A stretch of DNA of 64,000 nt from NCBI GenBank assembly GCA_044222185.1, contig JBGANV010000002.1, positions 288,001 to 352,000 on the forward strand, read 5' to 3'. The stretch's first letter is position 1, and each line of letters opens with the position of its first letter. Of this stretch, positions 38,801-50,703 are shown one piece after another. The notes under the pieces were generated by a model. It saw nothing but the letters and a program-made list of their open reading frames with translations, was not told the DNA's origin and made no database searches. The translations under genes were made by a program, and so were the position numbers. Origin of the DNA: Planctomycetota bacterium. Lineage in GTDB: Bacteria > Planctomycetota > GCA-002687715 > CAIWVZ01.

Positions 38801-39069
38801 ATTACTCGGGCGAGGGCCACGGCCTGTCGAAGGTCCCCAACAAGAAGGACTGGACGCGCCGCATGTCCGAGTACTTCGGCTATCACCTGAAGCACGAGGC
38901 CATGCCCGCGTGGATGGCGAACGGCGTCCCCTATGCGGAGCGTGACAAGGAGAAACTCCCGCACACTCCGAGCTACGTCGAAGTGACCGCCCGCCGCGCG
39001 GAGAGTCGCGCGTCGGCGACGCCCAAGCCCGTCGCCGTCGACGCATCCCAGGCGAAGTCGGGGCAGTGA
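35824..39069 (+). CDS. S9 prolyl-oligopeptidase family serine peptidase, secreted
   Basis: Signal peptide, beta-propeller region, GHSWGGY nucleophile, HNDADGAV and EGHG. Gly/Arg-rich disordered inserts. Confidence 0.92.
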   Translation: MKTTSIACTALLALVTLAPTFGQGPRPLTHDDYEQWKSLRGTSYSLDGKWVAYQIEPQWGDGVLEIRQTDGDVVYHHPLGSGARFSNDDRYVVFTINKSKVEERKKKIDDLVKKAEGAEKKEGSTETSNEPGGGGAARPAGAPAGLAGRGPFGGGRRGGAGGPGGAPGAPAGDEASRDRGDLGIMDLSTGKVEIIPKVKGFALPEEFAVLVYHLDKPEPPKDDASADSRPGADSRRAESRPEEGASAESRGPESRPEGGRFAGGRRGGRRGPGAPGGAGPGTASAPTSRPESRPEDPMEKKRQDGSVLVIRDLATGVERKFEDVVNYGLTRKATWLWWNTSAKKPDAKKTYGLFAVKLTGGDVRTLVDGFADFGNMTSDREGSVLAFTSNKNDFAAEKPRSDIWIWNCDDRPAERIVHPETPGMPKTKVPGGGLGFCRDGSVLAFSVQDLPEPDATPILPDEKVVLDIWHWNDGQLQTAQAKRTGRRNSNWTAVWHRAERRLQVLGDATVESVRFLTRDGSRGLATDDTPYEKLSTWDTRYSDVYVVNTLDGSRTKVLEKLRGTVSNSPEGRYLVWFGTDYHWWSLDVATLQKRDLTGSLPVAFQQTDDDHPAADPAWGIAGWTEHDAEIVLNDQFDLWRVSPATGTSACVTDGYGRAETTRLRLEILDREQEHLPTELLLSAVNTETMAEGYFTDSLTEPRKPLRLVNVDKNFGGLTKPKKTDRLFFTLSTFADFPDLWTAQHDFTGMKKLSAANPQQANYRWGKAELVRWINGDGKTLKGVLVKPDGFDPAKKYPMMVYFYERMSQSLHEYVAPSPGTSPIASYYVSNGYLWFMPDIVYEVGYPGESCVKCVVSGVESLIAKGFVDEKAIGAAGHSWGGYQTAFLVTRTNIFAAVESGAPVSNMISAYGGIRYETGISRQFQYEKDQSRIGGTPWQYPMRYWENSPIFFADKVKTPVLILHNDADGAVPWTNGIEYFTALRRLEKEAYLFNYSGEGHGLSKVPNKKDWTRRMSEYFGYHLKHEAMPAWMANGVPYAERDKEKLPHTPSYVEVTARRAESRASATPKPVAVDASQAKSGQ

Positions 39070-40418
39070 TCTCGAACGCGAATGCGCTTCCGACCGACGA
39101 TGGCATTGGCGGGCGTGCCGCGGCTGAGCGAGCCGCGCGCCCCCGCCAGCGTTGGAGCCTGGCGCGTCGCATCGTCGTGATGCTCGCGTCGTGCGCGACA
39201 GTCCTCGCGCAGTACACGATCTCGTCCGTGACGTCGTCGCCGTCGTGCGGCACGGCTCCGTTGACGGTCAACGTGACCGTGACGACGGTGCCGGCCGTGG
39301 GTGCGACCTACATGCTGAATTTCGGTGACGGGGCCACGGGGTATGGAATCTCCGGCACTGGCGCCACGTCTCACACGTACACCACTCCGGGCGTCTACCA
39401 GCCGTCGTGCTTCGTGTTCGCCTGCGCGCCGTTGATCTCGTGCTTCATCACGGGGAGCCCGGTCGTCGTCGACGCCCCTGGATTCCTCTCGTCCGTCGTT
39501 CCTCCGGCAGGGCCGTCCTCGGGCGGGACGACGGTCACGCTGAATCTGGCTGGCAACCTCAACGGCACCAGCGTCACGGGCGTCTACTTCGGTGGCGTTC
39601 CCGCCTCCAACGTCGCGGTGTCCAGCCCGAACACGATCAGCTGCACCACGCCGGCGATCACCACATCGGTGCCCATCGCACCGCCGATCCTCATCGCGCT
39701 CGGCGGCACGAACTGCCCGCCGCTCGTCGGCTCCGGGTTGTTCACGTTCGACCCGGGCCTCGCCATCGCCGCGGCCCTTCCATCGAATCTCGTTCCCTTC
39801 GTGTCTACCTACACCCTGCTCGGGAGCGGCTTCGTTCCGGGGCCGATCGGCACATGGGCGAATGGGATCCCCGTCGCCGCGCTGCCTGGCCCCATGATCG
39901 CCGGCTTCGACACGCTCTCGGTCACGCTCCCGGCGACGGTGACGCAGTCCGGTGCGTCCGTGATCCTGGAACTGACGCAGCCGGCGCCGCCGAGCCAGTC
40001 GCGCCCATTCGCACTTCACGTATCCGGATTCGACAACGCGGGAATCGTGACGATCTCGCCGCTGGGCTTCGGGCCCGGATCCACCGCCACGACCCGTGTC
40101 ACTGGCCTCGACGCCGGAACCCCCGTGCTGCTCGCCCTCGACTCGACGCCGCCGTCCGTCGTGACGACGATCGGCGCACCCGCGAGTCACTTCGCCCTGG
40201 AACTCGGAAGCCCCTGGGTCACCCCGCTCATCGACGGGATCGGCGCGTTCGGAAGCGCGTGGCCGCCCGGAGTCGCCAGCAGCCTCGGCGAGTTGACGTT
40301 CGTGCATGCGCTTCCAACTCCACCGTTTGGATGGAGCGCCAAGCTGCAAAGCGCGTGGCTCAGTCCGTCGGCGCCGCTTGGCTACCGACTGACCTGGGCG
40401 TTTCCGGCGAACCTGTGA
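39066..40418 (+). CDS. Secreted PKD + IPT/TIG domain protein
   Basis: APLTV..NFGDG..SHTYTTPGVY (PKD) and VVPPAGPSSGGTTVTL..VYFGG..TISCTTP (IPT/TIG). Start could be 39180. Confidence 0.75.
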   Translation: MISNANALPTDDGIGGRAAAERAARPRQRWSLARRIVVMLASCATVLAQYTISSVTSSPSCGTAPLTVNVTVTTVPAVGATYMLNFGDGATGYGISGTGATSHTYTTPGVYQPSCFVFACAPLISCFITGSPVVVDAPGFLSSVVPPAGPSSGGTTVTLNLAGNLNGTSVTGVYFGGVPASNVAVSSPNTISCTTPAITTSVPIAPPILIALGGTNCPPLVGSGLFTFDPGLAIAAALPSNLVPFVSTYTLLGSGFVPGPIGTWANGIPVAALPGPMIAGFDTLSVTLPATVTQSGASVILELTQPAPPSQSRPFALHVSGFDNAGIVTISPLGFGPGSTATTRVTGLDAGTPVLLALDSTPPSVVTTIGAPASHFALELGSPWVTPLIDGIGAFGSAWPPGVASSLGELTFVHALPTPPFGWSAKLQSAWLSPSAPLGYRLTWAFPANL

Positions 40419-40442
40419 ACCGGTTCGACCTGGGTGAGCTGG

Positions 40443-42350
<1,908 letters not shown>

Positions 42351-42554
42351 GCACGAGCTTCAGCAGGCGCGGGACCCGCCAGGGGGCCCGCTTGCGACGC
42401 AAAGGGGAAGTGCGTCTCAACGCCACGAAGGCTGATTTCCGGGTCGCAAGCCTACGGAGCGGACGCTTGCGTGTCGATGGCTCATCCGGAACGACGCCAG
42501 GTTGTTGCGGCCGAGCTGGTGCCAGACGCTCCGCGATCGAATAAACTCGAAACC

Positions 42555-45230
42555 ATGCCCGACAGTCGCCGGAATCTGCGGACTTGCCTGACGGCGCTCG
42601 CCGTGTGCGGGACCCTGTCCGTCGGCGGTGTCGTCGCCTGGTGGCTTCTGTCCGAGCCGGACCTCGCCCGTTCGGACGTGGCGACCTCGGCAGTCGACGC
42701 GCCGGCGATGCTCGGTCAGCTCGAGTCCCGCGCGCACGACGCACCGTCGTCACGGCGGAATCGCATCACGCGAACCGCCGACGCCTCACAGCCCCTCCGC
42801 GGACCGGCCGCGGCCCCACTCTCGGAGATCGCGACGGGATCCGTTCGCCTCCACGTCATCGACGCGGACACGCGGCTCCCGATCGGCGGCGCCGACGTTG
42901 CCGTACGCGACGGCACCCAGGCCCGCACGTTGACGACGAGCGCGGGACCTGACGGTGTCGCCATCGTCGACGAAGTCCCCGCGTCGCGCGGTGCACTCGT
43001 GCGCGTGGTCGCACGCGGCCATGCACCGGTGACGATCGAGAACGTGACCGTCATCAACGGTGAGACGACGGATCTGGGCGACGTCAAACTCGAACACGGA
43101 ATCGGGATCCGCGGTCGAGTCCGGTCCGAGGCCGGCGAGCCCGTTCCCAATGCGCAGGTCTCGCTACACCGAACGCGCGCGCTGAAGACGACGGCGACCT
43201 TCGACCTCGTGGCGATGTACGACGAGATCTGGGAGCCGGCGAAACCCGTCGACGCGACGACGTCCGATGAAACCGGTTCGTTCTGGTTCGCGGCAGTCGG
43301 CAACGGTGACTACACGGCCGAGGTCCGTGCCGCCGGTTTCCAGGTGGCATTCACCGCCCCGTTCGCCGTCCTCCAGGACGTTCCCCCGGATCCGCTCGAC
43401 GTGGTCGTGCAGACGGGCACTCTGTTCAAGGCGCTCGTGAAGAACGAGGCGGGACTGGCGGTCGCGGGTGCCGAGGTCTTGATGCTCCAATCGCCGCGCG
43501 GGCTGCCGTTCAACATGCGGACGCAGAAGACCGCGACGGATGGCGACGGCGCGTTCCAATTCGACACGGCTCCCCTCGAGCCGTTCCAGATCCACATCCG
43601 TGCCGGCGGATTCGCTCCCTACAGCAACACGGAAGTCGTCGCGAAGGTCGACCCGGTCGAGTTCGTTCTGAAGCGCGGGGCGACGATCCAGGGGCGCGTC
43701 TACGACGTCGCGACGTCGAAGGGCCTGGGCGGCGTCCGCGTCGCGGCCGCAGTCGCGAACAAGTTCCAAGGGTTCTCATCCACGATCTCGGCGGACGACG
43801 GTTCCTACACGCTGAAGGACGTGCCAGCAGGGAACCGCGTGACTCTCGTCGCCAAGCGTGGCGGATACGCGCTGTTCCCGCCGCTCGGCGACGAACGCAA
43901 CGCCTTCGGAACCGTCGGCCTCGAGGTCGAAGGCGTGCTCCCGGACTCGATCGCGACGAAGGACATCCCCATGGCGGGGAACAGCGTCGTGACGGGACGA
44001 GTGATCGACGGCGACAGCGGTGCGCCCATCGCAGGCGCGGACGTCATGCTCCTGCGCGGAGGGAACGCCCGTGGGATCGCCCAGTTCCAGGCTCCGACGA
44101 CGCGGTCGGCACTGGACGGCACGTTCACGCTCATGCCGGCGGCGGCGGGAGCGTTCCGCATCTACGCCTGGGCGCCTGGCTACGTTCTCGCGCCGACGGA
44201 CCGCAAGAAGACGTTCGAACCGAACGCCAACGACGTGGCCGCCATGGCGCGCGTCGAGCCGGAGGCGACGCGGAAGGACGTCGAGGTCCGCCTCGTGCGC
44301 GGCACGGAGATCGAAGTCGAGGTTCGCGACGCCAACGGGCGCGGCATCCCCGACGTCTCGCTCCGCTGGACGGATGACGCCGCGCCCTTCGAGCTGAACG
44401 TCATCTCAGAACCCTACCGGCAGGCGACGATGCTGACGGACGCCTCGGGCCACGCCACCTTGGACGGACTTCCTCGATCGAAACGCATCCGCGTGGACGC
44501 GTCGCGCGCGGATTTCACGGCGGGCGGGACGGCGACGGTCGACACGGACGACGGCCAGCTGAAGCGCGCCGAGATCACGATCACCCGGGGCGCGACGATC
44601 ATCGGCCGCGTCTGCAAGCCCGATGGGCGCGGAGCCGCGGGCATTCCCATTCGCTACGTCCCCCGCGCGGGAGCACCGCCGGCGCCGCGCGTGGTGTTTG
44701 GCACGCGCAACGACCCGTACCGGGCGGTGAGCAGCGCCAACGGCTCGTTCGTGCTCGAGGGGATCCGCCAGGGCGACGGCCGGCTGGAACTCGCCACCTC
44801 CGATCCCGAGGGTGTCACCGAGTCGGCGGCGTCACCGCTCGCCTCGCCGGAGAAGTGGCTCCTCGACGCACCGTCCGTGCATCTGCCCGTCTCCGAGGGC
44901 CAGGAGGAACGGATCACGCTCTACATCGTTCCGTCGCTGGCGATCGAGGGGCGCGTGCTCTTCCCCTCGCGGCGTCCGGCCGCGGGCCTTCCCGTGAAAC
45001 TGCGCGGCGAGGGCGTGCTCGCCGCCGTCTCGAAGGAAGTGAAGTCGGACGGAGGCGGCGGGTATCGCTTCGGCGGCTTGCGGCCGGGGCGCTATCGCCT
45101 CTCGACGGAGTACATCCAGAAACCCCCGCCGAATCAGAAGCCGCCCGGTCGCCCGCGGCGCTTCACGGCGGGCCGCTCCGAGCTGGAAGCGGGAACGGGC
45201 AGCGTCGACCTGGTGCTGGTCGGACGATGA
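42555..45230 (+). CDS. Membrane-anchored protein with multiple carboxypeptidase-regulatory-like (prealbumin-fold) repeats
   Basis: N-terminal TM helix. Repeated GRV.D...G.P(I/V).GA.V ... T..DG.F motifs. Confidence 0.8.
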   Translation: MPDSRRNLRTCLTALAVCGTLSVGGVVAWWLLSEPDLARSDVATSAVDAPAMLGQLESRAHDAPSSRRNRITRTADASQPLRGPAAAPLSEIATGSVRLHVIDADTRLPIGGADVAVRDGTQARTLTTSAGPDGVAIVDEVPASRGALVRVVARGHAPVTIENVTVINGETTDLGDVKLEHGIGIRGRVRSEAGEPVPNAQVSLHRTRALKTTATFDLVAMYDEIWEPAKPVDATTSDETGSFWFAAVGNGDYTAEVRAAGFQVAFTAPFAVLQDVPPDPLDVVVQTGTLFKALVKNEAGLAVAGAEVLMLQSPRGLPFNMRTQKTATDGDGAFQFDTAPLEPFQIHIRAGGFAPYSNTEVVAKVDPVEFVLKRGATIQGRVYDVATSKGLGGVRVAAAVANKFQGFSSTISADDGSYTLKDVPAGNRVTLVAKRGGYALFPPLGDERNAFGTVGLEVEGVLPDSIATKDIPMAGNSVVTGRVIDGDSGAPIAGADVMLLRGGNARGIAQFQAPTTRSALDGTFTLMPAAAGAFRIYAWAPGYVLAPTDRKKTFEPNANDVAAMARVEPEATRKDVEVRLVRGTEIEVEVRDANGRGIPDVSLRWTDDAAPFELNVISEPYRQATMLTDASGHATLDGLPRSKRIRVDASRADFTAGGTATVDTDDGQLKRAEITITRGATIIGRVCKPDGRGAAGIPIRYVPRAGAPPAPRVVFGTRNDPYRAVSSANGSFVLEGIRQGDGRLELATSDPEGVTESAASPLASPEKWLLDAPSVHLPVSEGQEERITLYIVPSLAIEGRVLFPSRRPAAGLPVKLRGEGVLAAVSKEVKSDGGGGYRFGGLRPGRYRLSTEYIQKPPPNQKPPGRPRRFTAGRSELEAGTGSVDLVLVGR

Positions 45231-47620
45231 TGCTCCGCGCGCTCGCCGTCACCGGTCTCGTCGTCGCGTGGAGCGCAGCGCAGGCGTTGACCCTCCCGCT
45301 GGACGTGCCTGGTGAGGGTTGGAACGGCGTCACCATCGTCGCCGACGGAGTCCGCGGCGCGGCCGCGCGCTTCGCCGCACCCACGGCGCGGATCGATGCG
45401 GGCCCGTTGCCGATCACGTCCTCGGAGTCGTTCGCCCTTTCCGGCTTCATCCGGACGCGCTCGCCCGAGTTCGCCACGGTGCTCATCGCTCGCGACGGCG
45501 AGGAAGTCGGGGTTTCGATCGTCGTGGGTCGATCGCCCGGCCGCCTGTCATTCGAGGCCTGGTCGTGGAGGAACGTGAAACTCCTCTCGCGCGGACGCGT
45601 GGACGACGGCCGCTGGCACGCGTTCGAGGTCAGCTACGACGCCGGTTCGCGGACCGCGGCGCTCTACGTCGATGACAGCCTCCAGGCGTTCTCGTCGCTG
45701 GGCGCGGGCCAAGCGCGCGGTGCGCAGCTTCGGCTCGGGAACAACATCGGGTGCGAACAGCCGTTCACCGGAGATCTGGACGAAATCCGGTTCGATCGGA
45801 AGTCCAGTCGACCCTCGATCCATGCGCTCGCCGCCCCGATCGCCGGCGAAGAGGCGAGCGGCGCGGCACTCGGCGAGCTGCGCTCGCGCATCCTCGAGCG
45901 GCCGGGCAAGACCTACGCGTCGCTCGCAAAGGACGAGTGGCTCTCACGGCGCACCGTCGTGCGCCGCGACCTTTCGGATGCGCTCGGGCTCGTGCCCGAA
46001 CCGGCCCGAGGTCCGCTCGACTTCATCGTGCACGGCGAGATGGAGGAGCAGGGATGCCGCGTCCAGCGCGTGTCGTGGAACGGCTGGCCCGGAACTCGGG
46101 CGACCGGCTGGATGTGGCTCCCGATGAAGATCGAAGGACGGCTGCCAGCCGTCCTCCATCCGCACGGTCACTGGCCCGATGGTGCCATCGATGGCGTGGT
46201 GCAGGCACGCGCACGTCGATTCGCGCGGGTCGGCTACGTCTCGCTCGTCGTCGACAGCGTTCACGTGGAGGACGTCGCCGCGGGTCTTTCCTCCATCGGT
46301 GTGATGACGTGGAACAACGTGCGGGCGCTCGATCTTCTCTGCGCGCGCACCGACGTGGACCCGGCGCGCATCGGCGTGACCGGTGCATCGGGCGGCGGTC
46401 AACAGACCATGTACCTCATCGCGCTCGACGACCGCCCCGCCGCGGCGGCCCCCATCTGCATGGTGTCCGAGTTCTCGACGATCGTCGAGCATGGGTTCGC
46501 GCACTGCGGGTGCAATCACGTGGCGCGCGTCGGCTTCATCACGGATCAGCCGGAGATGTGCGCCATGTTCGCCCCGAAACCTCTCGTCATCGGAACCGTG
46601 ACCGGCGACTGGACGAAGACGTTCCCCTCGGTCACGCGCCCGAAGTTGGCGGCGATCTACGCGACGCTCGGGAACCCGGAGGCGTTCCAGTCGCGTCACC
46701 TCGCGGCAGGTCACAACTACGACCGCGCGTTTCGCGAGATGGTCTATGCGTTCTTCGATGAACACGTCGCCGGTGTGACACGCGATGCGACGGAGCCGGC
46801 CGCCGCCACCACGTCGATCCACGAGCTCCGCGCACTCGGACCGCCACAGCCATCCCTGGATCGCGCGACGCTGGCACGTGAGCTGCGGGCACGACGCCCC
46901 AGGATCGCCGACCTGCGAGCGGCCGCCCCGTCCCTCCCCTGGGCTCCGCGAAAACGCGAGCTCGTGCCCGCGAATGCCGCCGCGAGCGCCGGCGCCGAGT
47001 GGGCGCGTTTCGTGGCGCGCGCCGCCGAGTTCGCCTCCGGAGACCCGCTGCCGGTGCTCATCCGGGATCGCAAGCCCGACTCCGAATGGGTCGTCGTGTC
47101 GAGCCTCCAGGGCAAGCTCGCCCTCGCGACGTCACCCCCGTCGTGGATGAAGGATCTGGACCGCGTCGCGCTCTACGATCCCCACCTCGTGGGTGAGAGC
47201 GCGGCGTTCCTCGGGGGGTGGCGACGCAACGGCATCCTCTTGGGCTGCGGAGAGGGCTACATGCTCGCCCAGGACCTGGCTGACGTCGTGACGTCCTTGC
47301 CGGGGACCGGTCGTGTGACGGTGGTCGCGCTGGGCCAGGCGGGCCCATCCGCGCTGATCGCCGCGCAGTTCACTCCGCGCATCGGCTCCTTGGTGATCGA
47401 GAACCTGGGTCCGACGTTCGCGAGTGACGGCAATCGCATCCCGCTCTGCCCGGAGATCCTTCGCTTCGGAGACCTTGCGGAGCTGGTGGCGGCCGCGGGT
47501 CGTCGCCGGATCGTGCTGGGCGGTGCGCCCGCCGACTCGGGGTTGCCGCCCACGGCGCCGCTCACTCCAGAAGCCGTCGGCGCGGCCCTTGCGACGACGG
47601 AATCGCGGCCGCCTCGCTGA
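45227..47620 (+). CDS. Secreted LamG-domain + acetylxylan-esterase/dienelactone-hydrolase-like protein
   Basis: DDGRWH..LYVD..FTGDLDEI (LamG), PAVLHPHGH, RIGVTGASGGG and HNY. Confidence 0.75.
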   Translation: MMLRALAVTGLVVAWSAAQALTLPLDVPGEGWNGVTIVADGVRGAAARFAAPTARIDAGPLPITSSESFALSGFIRTRSPEFATVLIARDGEEVGVSIVVGRSPGRLSFEAWSWRNVKLLSRGRVDDGRWHAFEVSYDAGSRTAALYVDDSLQAFSSLGAGQARGAQLRLGNNIGCEQPFTGDLDEIRFDRKSSRPSIHALAAPIAGEEASGAALGELRSRILERPGKTYASLAKDEWLSRRTVVRRDLSDALGLVPEPARGPLDFIVHGEMEEQGCRVQRVSWNGWPGTRATGWMWLPMKIEGRLPAVLHPHGHWPDGAIDGVVQARARRFARVGYVSLVVDSVHVEDVAAGLSSIGVMTWNNVRALDLLCARTDVDPARIGVTGASGGGQQTMYLIALDDRPAAAAPICMVSEFSTIVEHGFAHCGCNHVARVGFITDQPEMCAMFAPKPLVIGTVTGDWTKTFPSVTRPKLAAIYATLGNPEAFQSRHLAAGHNYDRAFREMVYAFFDEHVAGVTRDATEPAAATTSIHELRALGPPQPSLDRATLARELRARRPRIADLRAAAPSLPWAPRKRELVPANAAASAGAEWARFVARAAEFASGDPLPVLIRDRKPDSEWVVVSSLQGKLALATSPPSWMKDLDRVALYDPHLVGESAAFLGGWRRNGILLGCGEGYMLAQDLADVVTSLPGTGRVTVVALGQAGPSALIAAQFTPRIGSLVIENLGPTFASDGNRIPLCPEILRFGDLAELVAAAGRRRIVLGGAPADSGLPPTAPLTPEAVGAALATTESRPPR

Positions 47621-47672
47621 CTCCCGCGCGCACCAGCGCTCGGATGTCAGCGGACGGCCGCGTCGGACTCGC

Positions 47673-48863
47673 TCAGAACTGCAACGAGTCCGTGTTGCTC
47701 GTGTCGAACACCGTGTTCTGGCCCGAGCCCGTCACGACGACGGCCTGGAACCACAGGGTGAGACCCGTGGGGATCATGGCGTTCGGCGGCAGCGCATGCG
47801 ACCGCGTCAGGGTCCCGCCAGCGGGGATCGTTCCAAACATGTGCATCTGGAGCGGCTGACCCAGGCACAGCGAGAGGCTGCCCGGCGGGAACGACAGTGA
47901 CCCGAGATTGCGCGACTCGACGAGGATCACGTGGCCGCCGGCCGTGCCCGTGACGCTCGTGGTGATCGTGCTGCCCGGCGTCACGACGCCGTCAGGCGTG
48001 ATCGTGAGTTGCACCGTCCCCGGCGTGCACGGAGGTGGAGGCGGAGCGGCGGCGAACGTCACCGTCTGCGTGTTGCTCGTGTCGACGGTGGGTGTCGTCG
48101 CACCGCCCGCGATCGTCACGGCCTGGAAGACGCGGACGGTGCCAGCGGGAGCATTCGCAGGCGTCGGGATCTGGATCGTCCGCGTGCCACTGGCAGGAAG
48201 CGGTCCAAGCGGCTGGCTCGTGAACGGGGCGTTCAGGCAGATGACGGTGCCCGCGAGCGGCCCGCCGCCGGGCCCACCGAGCGTCGTTGCGCCGGCGTTC
48301 GGCCCGCTGAAGAGCACGACGTTCGCACCTGCCGCGCCCGTCACCGTCACCGAGAGCGGAGTGCCGGCCGCCGGGTTGCTCGGCGTCACGGCGAGGACGA
48401 CCGTGCCCGGGTTGCACGTGGGCGGCGGCGGCGGCGGTCCCACCGTGGCCGTGACGACGTTGCTGGTGTCGACGGTGTGCGACGGGGACTGCGGGCCACC
48501 CGTCACCGTCACGGCTTGAAAGTTGACCGTGGCGCCGGCGGTGGAGGGCATGGGAACCTGCACCGTGCGCGTCCCCGACTGGGGCAGCATGCCGATCGAC
48601 ATGGAGTTGAATGGTGACGCGAGGCAGATGACGGTGCCGTTCAACGGCCCTTGCCCGGCCAGTGTCGTCTGACCGAGATTGGGACCACGATAGAGGAACA
48701 CGCCAGCGCCAGCCGTGCCGGTCACCGTGACGTTCACCGGCGCGCCCGCCGCTGGACTCGACGGCGACACCGAGAGCACGACGGAACCCGTCGGGCATTG
48801 GCAGATCGCAGCGGCGGCGATCAGCAACGCGGCTGACACCGAAACGAAATGACTGACCTTCAT
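47673..48863 (-). CDS. Secreted protein made of three tandem ~120-aa beta-rich domains joined by poly-Pro linkers
   Basis: Signal peptide, then three repeats C..G.V.L...P..VTG.AG..V.L..CL..P...G..P..GT....FQAV....DTSN. PPPPP linkers. Confidence 0.8.
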   Translation of the reverse strand: MKVSHFVSVSAALLIAAAAICQCPTGSVVLSVSPSSPAAGAPVNVTVTGTAGAGVFLYRGPNLGQTTLAGQGPLNGTVICLASPFNSMSIGMLPQSGTRTVQVPMPSTAGATVNFQAVTVTGGPQSPSHTVDTSNVVTATVGPPPPPPTCNPGTVVLAVTPSNPAAGTPLSVTVTGAAGANVVLFSGPNAGATTLGGPGGGPLAGTVICLNAPFTSQPLGPLPASGTRTIQIPTPANAPAGTVRVFQAVTIAGGATTPTVDTSNTQTVTFAAAPPPPPCTPGTVQLTITPDGVVTPGSTITTSVTGTAGGHVILVESRNLGSLSFPPGSLSLCLGQPLQMHMFGTIPAGGTLTRSHALPPNAMIPTGLTLWFQAVVVTGSGQNTVFDTSNTDSLQF

Positions 48864-49074
48864 GAAGATTCTCCAATGACGCGGACGGACCCGGGGGTCG
48901 GAACCGTCCCGTAGAAGCCGGGCTTTGAAGTGTCGGGAAACGCCAGGGTTCCGGACAGGCGGCCAAGTGCGGAGTCGCGGGCCGACGGGAGCTCAAAAAC
49001 CGCGATCCCACGCTCCCCATCGGCGGGCCCAGCCGCTATCTTCCCGCCTCGTTTTCGCACGGAGGTCCCAGCTC

Positions 49075-50703
49075 ATGTCGAACGCCCAGTGGCGCACACC
49101 GCAACCGACGAACGAACCGATCCTGAGCTACGCGCCCGGCAGCCCGGAGCGCGGGACGCTGCAAACGAGACTCACCGAGCTTTCGAGTCGGGAGATCGAG
49201 ATCCCGCTCGAGATCGGCGGCAAGGCCGTCACGACGGGGAAGCTGGGTGAGGCGCGCAAGCCGCACGCCCATCGACACCTCCTCGCCCGGTTCCACAACG
49301 GAAGCGCCAAGCACGTCGACGACGCCGCGCGGGCCGCGGCGCAGGCGTGGCCGTCGTGGTCGACCATGGCGTGGGAGGACCGCGCGGCCATCTTCCTGAA
49401 GGCCGCCGATCTCCTCGCGGGTCCGTGGCGCGCCACGCTCAATGCCGCGACGATGCTCGGGCAAAGCAAGAACCCGTTCCAGGCCGAGATCGATGCGGCG
49501 TGTGAGCTGATCGACTTCTGGCGCTTCAACGTCCACTTCATGACCGAGCTCTACGCCGAGCAACCGCTGTCGGGGCCGGGCATGTGGAACCGGTCGGAGT
49601 ACCGGCCTCTGGAAGGGTTCGTGTTCGCCGTCACGCCGTTCAACTTCACTTCGATCGGCGGCAACTTGCCCACGGCGCCCGCGCTCATGGGCAACACCGT
49701 GATCTGGAAGCCCGCTTCGACCGCGGTGTACTCGGCCCACTTCATCATGCAGCTCCTGAAGGAAGCCGGGCTGCCGGATGGCGTGATCAATCTCGTGGCG
49801 GGATCGGGATCGGAGATCGGGTCGCCGGCGATCGCGCACCCCGACTTCGCCGGGCTTCACTTCACAGGCTCGACGGGCGTCTTCAACGGCATGTGGAAGC
49901 AGATCGCGGAGAACCTGCCGCGGTACCGCGGATACCCGCGAATCGTCGGCGAGACCGGCGGCAAGGACTTCGTCTTCGCCCACGCGAGCGCGGACGTGGC
50001 GGCGCTTTCCGTCGCGCTCGTCCGCGGCGCGTTCGAGTATCAGGGACAGAAGTGCTCGGCCGCGAGCCGGGCGTTCATTCCCGCCACGCTCTGGCCCAAG
50101 GTCCGTGAACAGGTCTGCGCCATGCTCTCCGAGATGAAGATGGGTCCGCCGGAGGACTTCTCGAACTTCATCAACGCCGTCATCGACGGCGCCGCCTACA
50201 AGTCCATCAAGGGCTACGTCGACTACGCCAAGGCCAATTCGGCCGACGCTGAGATCGTCTTCGGTGGCAACTGCGACGACAAGGATGGCTGGTTCATCCA
50301 GCCCACGGTCGTCCGCACGCCGAACCCCAAGTTCAAGCTGCTGTGCGAAGAGATCTTCGGACCCGTGCTCACCGTCCACGTCTACGACGATCACAAGCTC
50401 GACGAGACGCTCGCCGTCTGCGACCAGGGTTCCGCCTACTCACTGACGGGAGCCATCTTCGCCCAGGACCGTCACGCGATCGTGAAGATGGCTGCCGCGC
50501 TGCGCCACACGGCCGGCAACTTCTACGTCAACGACAAGCCGACCGGCGCCGTCGTCGGCCAGCAACCGTTCGGCGGTGGCCGCGCATCCGGCACGAACGA
50601 CAAGGCCGGAAGCAAGCTGAACCTCGTTCGATGGGTTTCGGCCCGCACGATCAAGGAGAACTTCGTTCCTCCGAAGACCTGGCGTTATCCGTTCCTCGGC
50701 TGA
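49075..50703 (+). CDS. pruA: L-glutamate gamma-semialdehyde (P5C) dehydrogenase
   Basis: NEPILSYAPGSPER, AEIDAACELIDF, PFNFTSI, FTGST, GETGGKDF, FEYQGQKCSA and QQPFGG.RASGTNDKAGS. Confidence 0.93.
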   Translation: MSNAQWRTPQPTNEPILSYAPGSPERGTLQTRLTELSSREIEIPLEIGGKAVTTGKLGEARKPHAHRHLLARFHNGSAKHVDDAARAAAQAWPSWSTMAWEDRAAIFLKAADLLAGPWRATLNAATMLGQSKNPFQAEIDAACELIDFWRFNVHFMTELYAEQPLSGPGMWNRSEYRPLEGFVFAVTPFNFTSIGGNLPTAPALMGNTVIWKPASTAVYSAHFIMQLLKEAGLPDGVINLVAGSGSEIGSPAIAHPDFAGLHFTGSTGVFNGMWKQIAENLPRYRGYPRIVGETGGKDFVFAHASADVAALSVALVRGAFEYQGQKCSAASRAFIPATLWPKVREQVCAMLSEMKMGPPEDFSNFINAVIDGAAYKSIKGYVDYAKANSADAEIVFGGNCDDKDGWFIQPTVVRTPNPKFKLLCEEIFGPVLTVHVYDDHKLDETLAVCDQGSAYSLTGAIFAQDRHAIVKMAAALRHTAGNFYVNDKPTGAVVGQQPFGGGRASGTNDKAGSKLNLVRWVSARTIKENFVPPKTWRYPFLG

